Source of the DNA: Utricularia gibba
Taxonomy: Eukaryota > Plantae > Magnoliophyta
Assembly: GCA_002189035.1 (NCBI GenBank)
Contig: NEEC01000002.1
Span: 6,510,001 to 6,574,000, forward strand
Direction: 5' to 3'
Length of the DNA stretch: 64,000 nt
In this document: positions 13,501 through 24,837 of the stretch, one piece after another
Layout: every line of letters starts with the position of its first letter
How positions within the stretch are numbered: the first letter of the stretch is position 1
The notes under the pieces: generated by a model
What the model was told of the DNA's origin: nothing
What the model saw: the letters and a program-made list of their open reading frames with translations, nothing else
The model's database searches: none
Translations under genes and position numbers: made by a program

Positions 13501-14394
13501 GTGGCTTTTTCATTTTCTTCGGTTATTTTTTATGTTACACATATGCCCTCGCTTTCTGAGGTGCATTTCCATTTTCACCCTTGGTTTCCGTTGATTCACG
13601 AAATGGCCACCAGGCTTTTCTCGTTCTTTTAATTATTCTTTATTTATTTATTTTCCAATTACTATATTTTTTATAAATATTTTATTTATAAATTTATGCA
13701 TTATTCATCTCCTAAAATTATTGTGTCTACACATAGTAAAGTAATATATCTAATGTCAACATCCATACTACCCATAATATAATAATGTTCGATTTGAACA
13801 TTTAACAAATGAGATTTTTATTATTATTCTATACAAAATTATGAGAATTTGTTTATTTAATGCATGTATTTTTTTTCGTTTGTAATTAATATAAGATATC
13901 ATCTCAACCTTTGATCTTATACCTAGCATTGAAACACTGAATTAAACCTTAAAAAATATTATATATTTATTTATTTATATTTATTAACTTTTAATATTCG
14001 AGAATCAGAAAAAGTGATGAAAAAATATTTCAAATTTAAATTGTGATCTTCGGAATGGTAAAGAAATCAATTTCAATTATTTAGTAATAAATGAAAAATG
14101 TTAATTAATTGGCACGGCAATAAAATTAGGTTGGGGTATTTATTATTAAATTTTAAGCAGGAATAAAAAAGGAGAATTGAAATCCGTCCACTTTTGAGTT
14201 TTTGTCCTTTTTAATTATTATTTTTCTCGTTGTTTCTTTTCTTGTAAGCTCCATTAATGGCGATTGGAGTGAACTGAAGCTCAACGCTCTTCGCATTTCC
14301 CATACCGAGATTTCAAGTCAAGGGTTCAGCAGCAAAACGCTTGGTGTTTCTGCTTCAAATCTGAGTTCCATTTCTGGGTCCATTTTCAGAAATA

Positions 14395-16059
14395 ATGGAG
14401 GTGGATGATAGAGAAGCCACGGATTCTGGCTCATTAAGTGGTAACCCAGAGTTGGATTCATCCTCCACCGGCGGAGATTCCTTCGTCCGGGGAGACTCCG
14501 GGGTTCCTGGATCACTGAACATGAACATCTCCATGGAAATGAACGCGCCAGTGGCGGTGACGAACGCGCCCGCCGTTACCGCCGGCTGCGGAGTAATCGA
14601 CGGTGTTGTGGATATTGGTTCAGCTGAATTGCGCACCAGGGGACAGGGGACTCGGCAACGGGGAAGAAGAAGAGGGGGAGACCAAGAAAGTATGACGCGG
14701 AAGGGAATCTCATTCCGTCGTACATCAAAACATCTCCGGTGGGCTTTGTTTCACCGGCGGCGTTGTCTTATGGGATTCCGTCCGGCCAAAAGCGTGGCCG
14801 TGGTCGGCCGCCCGGTTCTGGTAACTGGCAAATTCTTGCCTCTTTGGGTAAGTTTACTTTAACATTCTCATTTCTTACATGTTTTTCTCCAAAAAAACCT
14901 GCCTTTAAAATCCTCTTCCATCCATCTTCCTGATTTCCAATGACCCGAGCTTCGGCTGTCCAAATCTGAGTGCAGTGTGACTCCTACACTCAAATCGGAA
15001 TTCGCCATTTATTTTCGCTTCCTGTAATCTTCTGGGATTTGACTTCATCCATTTCACATTCTCCCCTGTGGTTTGGCATTACATTTTGCGGCTTCTGCAG
15101 GGGATTTGTTCGTAAACTCAGGAGGAGGGAACTTCACTCCTCATGTGGTCACCGTGGAAGCAGGGGAGGTATTCCAAATGACAATTTCACTGTAGTTTTT
15201 CTGTAGTGATTCTCATCATTGTTCGAGTACATCAGTGAGAAATTTGCTTGTGATTCGGTTTGCTTTTCACCGCTGGTTTTCTGTGGATTCTTTTTCTCCT
15301 TGCTGCTAGCCCCATCATCTTTATGCACTCTCTCTGAGATTTGGTTGCAGGATGTTGCGGGGAAGATACTGACCTTTGCCCAGAAGGGGTATCAAGGGAT
15401 CTGTGTTCTCTCCGCCAATGGTCCGGTATCCAACGTCACTCTCCGGCAGCCAGGGGCTTCCGGTGGTCTGCTAACATATGAGGTCTGTGCCACTCCATAT
15501 TATAACCGTCGGAAGTGCTGTAAACCTGGTGAAAGTGAAACAAGCTTGACGAATGCAGGGGAGGTTTGAGATCTTGACTTTAACCGGATCCTACACCGTT
15601 TCCGAGACGTCCGGAATCAAGAGCCGCTCCGGAGGATTAAGCGTCTCGTTGGCTAGCTCCGATGGCCGTGTCATCGGCGGCGGAGTGGCTGGGATGCTCA
15701 CGGCAGCTAGCCCCATCCAGGCAAGAACTTCAACAATACCATGTTCCATCTTCATTCTTCTGATGAGATGCGTCCTGTGGCTCTAGATTGTGGTCGGAAG
15801 CTTCGTTCCAAACGGTTTCAAATTTCCTAAACGCAAGGCCCCCGCCGATCCGGGAGTATCTCCGGCAGCACCTCGTCCGATGGCTGCAGTCACCGCTGCA
15901 ACACCGATATCCCAAGCACCACCACAAAGCGGCGGCGGCACCATCCTTAACTTGTCAAATTCGGCTTCCGCTGACTGGAAAGGACCCGCTCCACATGCTC
16001 CAGTTCCCCATCATCAATCGCCGGACATCAACATTCCGATGCCGGCGGAGGACCAGTGA
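14395..16059 (+). CDS. AHL: AT-hook motif nuclear-localized protein, clade B (two AT-hooks plus PPC/DUF296); 5 exons; apparent -1 frameshift near 14640; GC-AG intron 4
   Basis: Exons 14395-14847, 15101-15168, 15351-15482, 15559-15720, 15787-16059. KKKRGRPRKY and KRGRGRPPGS AT-hooks; FTPHVVTVEAGEDV, ICVLSANG.VSNVTLRQ, GRFEILTL, GRVIGGGVAG. Confidence 0.93.
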
Positions 16060-16643
16060 CTCCATCAACACGACTCAGCCGCAGTTGACTTCTCCCATGA
16101 GTTTCCTTCTTTAGGGCAATTACTGTTGTCCAGGTACATTAGGTACTCGATTAGGCTATTTCCAAACCCTAAATAACTAGCTTTCCCAAATTTAGGATGT
16201 GGATATACATTACACTGGTGGCATCAACTAATTTTAATTTTCAATATTACAAATAATGAAATATTTTGTTGGCACCTGTATTTTTTTAAAAAATTATTAT
16301 TGAATTATTTTAAATTACAAATCGTTCATAAAATAAATTAAAAAAATTGAATTACGATTACATTTTTTGTTAAATTTAAGACATTGATTAATAATATTTT
16401 TTACTTTGATTTTGAATTTTAATCTAGAAATAATTGAGGAGTAAAAACAAGTTATAAAGATGCAATAAATAATTTATTGTCCAATTAATTTTTATAATAT
16501 TTGTATTTTAATTTAAAAATTACGGATAATTGATTTATCCGGACGGGAGAGCAGAAGCCGTTGGTATATCCGCCAGAGGAGCGGGTGAGGGAAGGGAAGC
16601 AATTCTCACACACTCCAAGGTAGGGTAAGCGCAGGGCAGGGCA

Positions 16644-17315
16644 ATGGCGGCAGCTACAGCAACCACCGGTGCGTTCACTGCGGCAAGGTTTATCGGCTCA
16701 TCGTCGTCGAAGCTGAAGCCGGCGTTCGGTCATCTTTCATTCCGAGGGAATCTTGGAACCTCGTATCCGATGAGGATTTCTCGCATCGGGTGGGCTCGAT
16801 TCTCCACCGTTCCTAAGATCTCCGCGGTGATATCCGTCGGCGACAAGCTCCCGGACGGGACGCTATCCTACTTCGACGACGCCGACGAGCTGCAAACCGT
16901 CTCGATCTCTGAAATCACTGCGAACAAGAAGACCATTCTCTTCGCTGTCCCTGGCGCGTTTACCCCGACCTGTTCGCAGAAGCATCTCCCTGGGTTTGTC
17001 GAAAAGGCTGCGGATTTGAAGGGGAAAGGGGTCGACGCGATTGCTTGTATTTCGGTCAATGACGCCTTCGTGATGAAGGCGTGGAAGAAGGATTTGAAAA
17101 TTGGGGATGAGGTTTTGTTGTTGAGCGATGGGAATGGAGATTTCACAAAGGCGATTGGGTGCGAATTGGATTTGAGCGATAAGCCTGTTGGTCTGGGAGT
17201 GAGGTCTCGCAGGTACGCCATGCTTGTAGAAGATGGTGTTGTGAAGATCTTGAACTTGGAGGAAGGTGGCGCCTTTAATGTCAGCAGCGCTGAGGATCTG
17301 CTCAATGCCCTTTGA
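16644..17315 (+). CDS. PRXIIE: Type II peroxiredoxin, plastid (PrxIIE-like), single exon
   Basis: Transit-peptide-like N-terminus; [19 protein letters not shown] peroxidatic motif; [12 protein letters not shown]; [12 protein letters not shown]. Confidence 0.96.
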   Translation: MAAATATTGAFTAARFIGSSSSKLKPAFGHLSFRGNLGTSYPMRISRIGWARFSTVPKISAVISVGDKLPDGTLSYFDDADELQTVSISEITANKKTILFAVPGAFTPTCSQKHLPGFVEKAADLKGKGVDAIACISVNDAFVMKAWKKDLKIGDEVLLLSDGNGDFTKAIGCELDLSDKPVGLGVRSRRYAMLVEDGVVKILNLEEGGAFNVSSAEDLLNAL

Positions 17316-17575
17316 GAGTAACCTTTTGTTTACTTTATTTGCTACTGGGATGAGCTTACTGTTCCAAGTTCTGTTATCCATGAAATGCTTCTGTTCTTTG
17401 AAATAAAATGGATGGAGATTCCTCATTTTGTGATTCCTGATGTGCTTAAGCAATCTAATCTTCCAGCCAAATACATCAGAACGGATACCCTGCAGCCAAA
17501 GTTGCAATCTTTCACAGTGCTTTGTTCTGTACCATAAATGGAAGGAAATAAGGCACAGTACACCGGAGATGTGAT

Positions 17576-18888
17576 TCACCCCGACGGCCGGACATAGGAC
17601 AGAACGGTGTAAAACGTCTGTGCCACCGTCAGTGCCAGTAGAACAAACGCCGCCGCCGCCGAGATAAGCGACCACGGCGTGTCAAAATAGGTGTATTTGA
17701 AGGTCGCCCAGTGAACATTCCATTTGTTATGATAATAATCATGAACCTGGTTGAACAACTCCGACAGATAACTGGAATCACTGTCAAAAGACACGTCTTT
17801 CCCGAGATTATTGATGAAATCCGCGACATGGGAGTCTGTCCCGAAGTAATTATCCATGATGTTCTTGTCGCAGAGGTACTCCACATCTTTACCGGAGTTG
17901 ATCAGGCAATCGAGGAACGTGGCGTATGTCGTCATATGCTTAGAACACGCCCGCCGGCATTGCTCGTACGCCACGCAGTTATGTAGGAAGGCGCTCATGA
18001 AATCATCTAGTGATATTGTGGCCATGGAGATGACGCCGTGCCGGAAGCTTACCGCCAAGAAGCTGTCGTGCTCATTAGGCTTGAACTTGATTCCGGCCCG
18101 GCGGAGCTTGGTGATGCATTTGATGAGGCGAGTGTTGGGGAACCGAGCTCCATCTGGTTCTTCATAGCCGATGGGTATGAAACTTGATCGGAGAAGATCG
18201 AGTAGGTGTTGCGCCGCTGGGTTTTGGAAGTTTCCGATGAGTTCCTCCGGTCGTTGGAAGCCGATGTTGAAGAACATGAGCGCTAAGGTAGAGAGAGATT
18301 GGGATTCCCTAGCGGGGTTTCTGGTGAGATCATACAGACGCTGGAGTACGAAGAAAGGGACTTGGTTTTCAAGGTTGATGAAATCCCGGAGGAAGAAGGA
18401 GATGATCCATGAAACTGAAACCAGAGGATCATCGCGTTCGAAAGGAATAATCTCATTGAACTTTCTGAAAAACTCGATCAGGAAACACCCGTCAAGAACC
18501 AACATTTCAACGAATTCATCAGCTGTGTACTCAAAATGCGACGAATAACAACCTCGGGCCAATTCTTCCACGGTTCCAACAGAAGCCAACAAGTGCTCAA
18601 GTCCTATACCTCGGGTTTTCTCGATTCGCTTCAGAAGGCTTCCGAGGAACCTCCACTTGTGTTCCTCCACCATTTTCAGATGGGGGGCGCCGTGATGGTA
18701 CGGTCCGATGGAAATCACATGTGGCCCGTAGCCGCTGGGGTTGATCTCCGTGAGGCTCGGGGGACCCTGAAGATGGAGCATGTGCTCCGGCCGGCTGAGT
18801 TCCGAAGGATCCTGGGAGGATCGGCAATTTTCTGGAGCATCAGAGTTAATCTGTTGCTGATGGCTTGATCTGGGTCAGGGACACCCAT
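17576..18888 (-). CDS. DUF247 (UPF0481) family protein, intronless; apparent -1 frameshift near 18760
   Basis: CSIFRVP.SL.EIN...YGPHVISIGPYHHG, EMLVLDGCFLIEF, LENQVPFFVL, HLLDLLR, NCVAYEQC, YFDTPWSLIS and a C-terminal TM helix. ATG at 18888 is one base out of frame with the 17576-18781 ORF. Confidence 0.9.
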
Positions 18889-19304
18889 TATTCTCGATGG
18901 ATATGACAGCAGAAGCTTTTGAACCAGTGAACGGGATAACAGGGAAAGATGGATGATGATGATGTCATTGGTGTGGTGAGTCAACAATGACAACTCAGAA
19001 ACACATGTTCATCCGCCAAGTTGAAATACTGGTAAAGAAAAAGACAAGAAGATTTATAATAGTTTCATCAAAGCATGCCTCAACGCAAAAGGGTTCTAGT
19101 GTTTTTACAGAATGGAAATCTCCATAATAAGTACATATATCAAGCTGCCATAGTGCAGTTCACAACTTCAACACAAGAAGTTTGAGAGTAGCTTGTCATT
19201 GTCATTACAGAGCCACAAGAACACTTCAATAGAACTCTAGCAAGACAAAAGGATACACCAATCCCATTGTAAGGAAAGCATATGAACTTCTGAATTCGGA
19301 ACAG

Positions 19305-19993
19305 TTAGTCGCCACTTGCACAGCCACCACATCCGCAGTGGACACACTCGATCACTTTTTCCTCACGCAAATGCTTTGGGACTCGGCAAACACAAGTTGT
19401 CTGGAAATTGTGATCCCGGGGCTGCATGCACCTCAAGCAGCATAGCCTTTCGTAACCAGGCTGCCATGAAAAAGGTGATACTGAGATGTGTATAGCAGCA
19501 TTTTACAATGAATACCAAGTAACATAAAAACTAAGTTTTTTTTTCTCCCATATCAATCGGCTTACCTTTTTCCATTTAGCAATCAAATTGCGATCTGCAT
19601 ACCCTTGATCTAAGCAGAACTCATACAATTCCTTGGATATTTCTTTCCTTCGATGATAAAGGTCATAAATGTAGCGACTCTTCTGATGGGCAATTTTAAA
19701 AATAGGCCACAAGGCCTCGCATTTGCGTTTTCCGTCATGTGGATCAAGCTCAGCTGCAATACAAACATAAAAAGAGTATGATTTTTCCGTAACTATAACC
19801 AATTTATCAAACAAAAGTGAAAGAGCTTTGAAGGACTTCAAGAGATAACAATAAACTGGCTAATGAAAAGGAACTAAATGGCCATGAGAATGCATATACC
19901 TTCTCTCATCTTTCCCTGTAGTTCACTTAGGGTGGGCTCAATCAACTCCCAGCCCTCTGGGTACTTCACTCGGCTTGTCTTCACTTTAGGCAT
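19305..19993 (-). CDS. BUD31: BUD31/G10 spliceosomal protein; 3 coding exons (19993-19900, 19753-19566, 19460-19305), probable 5'UTR intron up to about 20359
   Basis: [50 protein letters not shown]...[13 protein letters not shown]; all junctions are in phase. Confidence 0.97.
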
Positions 19994-21278
19994 ACTTTTC
20001 TACAGTGAAAAAAAATAACAATCTTGCTGTCAACGAACAGAAGGTTCAAAGGAATCACAATTGAATACTAGTCTTTGCTTTGAAAATAACCAGAAAAATG
20101 GCTTAAACCCAAGTCGAATGTCACGAAGGCTACAGCTAGGGGCTTTCAAGGACCAAAGTTTGTTCATGCAGCCATACCCCCCAATGAAATTGCTAGGACA
20201 GAGAAATAGAGCCAATTAACGCCTACGAAATCCTAGCAATTACGGATTTATCACGAAACAGAATAGCCAAAAGAAACATAAATTAAAAATGAACGACGAG
20301 TGGGGAAATCGCTAGTAGAAGGCGATACAGTGACGCAAAATCCGGAAATCAGACTTACCGAGAAGGAAGAGCAAGGAGCAACAGAATTTGAAAACAGAAG
20401 GTGAGAAGAAATCTGATTTTCAAATTCCACGTAGTGAGACGAACCCTAATTGCAATTGAATTTCACCGTTCCTCGTGTGGGAAATCCCCGGAAAGTCTAT
20501 GGGCCGCATGGGTCAAATGGCCGGGTCTATACGACTCAAGATCAACGAACGCAAACGCTAAACCTGGAACGACGGAGGAGAACCGCTGGTGGCCCGGTCC
20601 AACACGAAGCCCAACTTTGTAGCACCAGCCCGTCAGCCTGTGGCCCGGTCGACCGGCTTTTGCCCAAGCCCAACTATAGTGGGCCAAAATGTTGTTGGCA
20701 CACCAACCCGTGGCCCAATACTAACATTTGACCAGACTGAGCACCGTGGCTAACCTCCTTGTGCATCCCAACTCCGGTGGCCGCTCCCACCAGCCTGTGG
20801 CCTGACCCAACCCAATCCCTACCCGGTGGACTTGCCCGTTTCCCCGAACAACATCGGTTGACTAGCCCATGGCCGGGTGTGACGGTGGCCGGAATCGAGT
20901 AGACCAGGACATAAGCTTCTGGCCCTTCCTAACTCTGGTGAACCAGCGGTGACCCGGAAAATAGCTCATCCCATACCCAACTCCGGTGGACTAACCTGTT
21001 TCCTGGCCTACCTACCTGTTTTATCGGTTTAGCACGCGCGCTCGGAGATTGCGACGGAGGGATATGGAGTAACGGGCAGATATAGAACCGTACACGACGC
21101 CGTTAACCGCACTGTCAACTGCCTGTTTGATATTTTTCTTTGTTCAACAACCATCGCGGGAGAAAAATGGCGAAGGATGAGGTTAAATTCAAAACACTTT
21201 CTCTACGTTTTGTTTGTGGACGGGATATTTATACATTTTGGTGAAGCCCCAGAACCAAATTTCTCTCGATTATCAACC

Positions 21279-22968
21279 ATGATTCTTTCCAGAACCCCAA
21301 CCCAAATCCCACTCCTCAATCCCCTGGTACGCATGGCGGCATCTGATAACAAGAGAAGAAAAGAAGGAACATGGGTTCGCGACAAGTCAGCCGATGAAGT
21401 TCGGGTATCTCTTGTCCGAGCTCTTGTTGTCCAAACTTCGTTGCTGTCACAGCGCTGTAAGAAATCCTCTGTTGGTTATTAACATTCTGAGGTATAATGG
21501 ACTGATTTTTGATGAAATTGTGTTCTGATTATGCTGCTAGTTTTCACGGAGTTGGTTAATGAAACTGCGAAGTATGTGTTTCCCAATAGACGATTTGAGA
21601 CCAGGACTTTGGAGGAAGCTTTGATGTCTGGTACTTCCCTCTTTAGGTATTATGTTTATGTCGTCTAACTTCGTAGAAAATCTTACTTGGTTCTCGTGTT
21701 TTTGAAGTCCCGGATCTTGAAACCGTGGAGTTCAAGGTTCTCAGTAGGAAGGATGGCTATGAGATAAGAGAAGTTAAGGTACCCTCTTTTTTTGTCTACA
21801 ACTGAATCCGTAGTTTGTGTAACTTTTATACGTGCTTTGTGGGCATATTGGTTGGCTTGTATAGCCTTACGTTGTTGCTGAGACAACAATGCCTTCCGAG
21901 TATGGTTTTGACTTTGCTGGTGCATCTCAGTCGTTCAATGTTTTGGCTGGGTACTTGTTTGGTAAGGTAAATTGACTCAGATTATTCATGCCGAAAAACA
22001 CCTGCTGCTCTTTGCATAGTTGCAAGATAATGCCTCCTGGAATTGATCAGAATACTAGAGACGTGCAAATGGAGATGACAACTCCTGTTTTCACTCGTAG
22101 AGGTGAAGTTGAAGGGGAGAAGATGGACATGACAACACCTGTGATAACTAAAAAGGTCCCTCTTCTAGAGTGAGATGCTCTGTGGCCGTCTGAACGTTTT
22201 TAATTCAAGCCTCTTGTCATTTCCAAGTTATTGACCTTTTCAATGTGTGGAAATGCATGATTTCATTGTTGTGAGACATATTAGATACCGAACTTTTGAA
22301 AAAATACTACCTTAACATGAATTTTATCAGTAGAGTTGACATGACATTTTGAAAAAAATATAATTTTGTTTTTATGGCTGCATATTTCTGATAAGATTCA
22401 TATTCTTTTTAATTTAGGTAGATCAAGAAAAGTGGAAGATGTCTTTTGTGATGCCTTCAAAGTACGGTGCAGACTTACCATTACCTAAGGATTCATCGGT
22501 GACAATCAAGCAGGTGCCACAAAGGGTCATGGCAGTGGCTGTTTTTTCAGGTTAATGAAGATGAAATCTGAAATCACTTACCAAGGAGTGCAGGGAGAGT
22601 TTTTAGCTTTCCATGTTATTGTACAATCCGGTTATTGCTGTTGGACCCTTGATCTATTATTTTCTCACCTTTTTCTTTTCTCGTTTATTGTCAACCAGGA
22701 TTTGTCACCGATGAAGAAGTAAAGAACCGTGAATCAGCTCTACGTGACTTGATAAATGAGGACGTGGTATTCCGTGTTAAAGAGGGCGCCTCCTTGGAAG
22801 TTGCCCAGGTTTGTAACTTAAAGGAAGTTTGGAAAGATCATCATTTTTTGTATTCCTAACGGTCTTACTGGCGTTCACTTTATTTTGGATGCAGTATAAC
22901 CCCCCTTTACACTTCCATTCAGTCGGCGTAATGAAATTGCATTGGAAGTTGAAAGGAAGCAGGACTAG
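21279..22968 (+). CDS. SOUL heme-binding family protein, plastid type (At3g10130-like); 8 exons; apparent -1 frameshift in last exon near 22900
   Basis: [69 protein letters not shown], and YNPP[F][14 protein letters not shown] after a one-base correction. Confidence 0.92.
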
Positions 22969-23303
22969 TCATGGTTCCCTGTACAGGTCCCCTGTTGTTT
23001 ACTTACTGATACATGAAGTAAATTGTCATGAACCTGCTGCATCCAGGGTAGCTTTTTAGTGCTGCAGTGGGAGCTTGTGCAAGGAACCTGTTTGTAATTA
23101 TCCTTTGTATTTCAGAGATGTGGATTCCAAAGCTTCATTGCTGGGCGTGATGTTTCCATGATCTTTGAATTTTTTTCCAATTTACTTGATGAATGCCATC
23201 TCTTGTCTTATTGTGCATAACGTACTGTCCTAGGCAGAAAAAATCTATCACTCTCAGGTTTTGTCGTGGAGGAATTACAAGGGATTAGAACAAAATCATC
23301 AAC

Positions 23304-24837
23304 TCAGCTACAGCTATAGCTATTTAAATCTAATGACCTGCTGGTAAAATCAGCTTCACTTTCACCTTCAGCATTCAGGTCCAGTGACTTGGAGAAGAGA
23401 GTTAGCTTCATTTCGGACAAGGTGTTCTGCGTCTCTGCCTCCTCTTCTGACCCTTTAGATACTTCTTCGATTATGCTTCTTCTACTGGCATGTTTCCCTC
23501 CAGAGAGACCAGAAGACATGGACATATTCTGTAGATTATTTTCATTAAAGAAGTCGATTTCCCGGTTAAGATTTGCTGAAGAAAGATACTCATTGCTTTC
23601 ATCCCCATATTCATGCCATCTGAGTTCTGTTGATCGTTGGCATGTTCTGTTGTCAGCTTTCTGCTCTGTTTTGTCCCCGAAACAACTTGGCTTTAAGGCA
23701 ATTGGAGTATGAGGCAACAGGGCTTGGTCCCAGATTGAATGGTCACGCATTGTTAAGCAGCTTTCGGCTGAGGAATCTTTTAGGAGAGCGGTCGTTTTAT
23801 TCTGCTGCAGGCAAAAGTCTTGAAGTTCTTTCATGGAGTTCCGTGAATGGCTAGACACACTGGAAACCAATTCGGACAGCTGAGCTTTGGCTGCCTCCAC
23901 TTCAATGGCTCCCATGTTCTGTCTCCGGAGTGTATCTTGCGCCTTTTCTAGCACAGAATGCAAATATTTTCCCTGAGCCTCGATCCGCAGCTGCAAGTGT
24001 CGCTGTATCTGAGAACAAGAAATATCAGCAAGAAGAATTTAAACCACTTGGATCAAAGAGCCATGATATCAGTATAAAATACCTCCAGCTGTTCATGTAA
24101 TTGCTGCTGCACTTCAATTTGCATTTGTATTGCGTCTCCCAGATGGAGGTTTCTGTCACAAAAGAAAAAAAAACATTGCAAGTGAGCCTAGTTGTCTGCT
24201 GTTCATAATCCTTGATGTCCAGGTATGATAAATTTTTCTCATACTTTGCTTTTGAGTTGGAGCGCTTGGAATTCCAGTTTGCGTTCCGCGTACCTCTGCT
24301 TGTCTCCATGCTGCAGATGGCATATGTTTTTTTATCAGTTAAACAAAATAGTTTTGCAGTGCTTTTATCTGTAATTTTCCTCTCCTTACCAGGCTTTGCA
24401 CCCACGCTATTAGTTTGATGGCTTTTACTGAGCCGGTACTTCTGCAAATGGACACGAAAACGTGGGATACCATTCTAAGTGGCCTATGGTTCAAAGAAAT
24501 CCAGATGCTTACCTGAAGGTGACTCTTCAAATGGTACAAGGTTAATCCTTGAATTCCCATGAGTTTGAGAACTGACTTTGGAGTAGCTTCTGTTCCATAT
24601 GAACCCAGAATGAATAAAAATAGCTCTCTATGATCAAGTTATTCCAAGATCTAGAAACTTACTTTCTGCCCCACCCAACTGGTTCACTGCTTCTATGAAC
24701 CTTTGATGCAGATCAGGAGTCCACTTCAGCCTCGGCTTTGCATCAGTTGAGAGCACTAATCCAGAGTCTCGACTACCGGGCTTTTCGGATGAATGATAAC
24801 CCCTCCTCCCTTGTTGGTGATGGTGAAACATGCTCAT
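23304..24837 (-). CDS. MYB-CC (PHR1-like) transcription factor, MYR1/MYR2 type; 6 exons; probable -1 frameshift at the exon 4/5 junction
   Basis: Exons about 24837-24663, 24589-24513, 24441-24390, 24310-24245, 24152-24083, 24008-23304. DSGLVLSTDAKPRLKWTPDLHQRF, LTLYHLKSHLQKYRL, QMQIEVQQQLHEQLE, LRIEAQGKYL, terminal LDLN motifs. Start is uncertain (24831, 24837 or 24912). Confidence 0.92.

Noticed and set aside
16863-17675. 270-aa and 145-aa minus-strand ORFs
   Set aside because: Antisense shadows of the GC-rich PrxIIE CDS.
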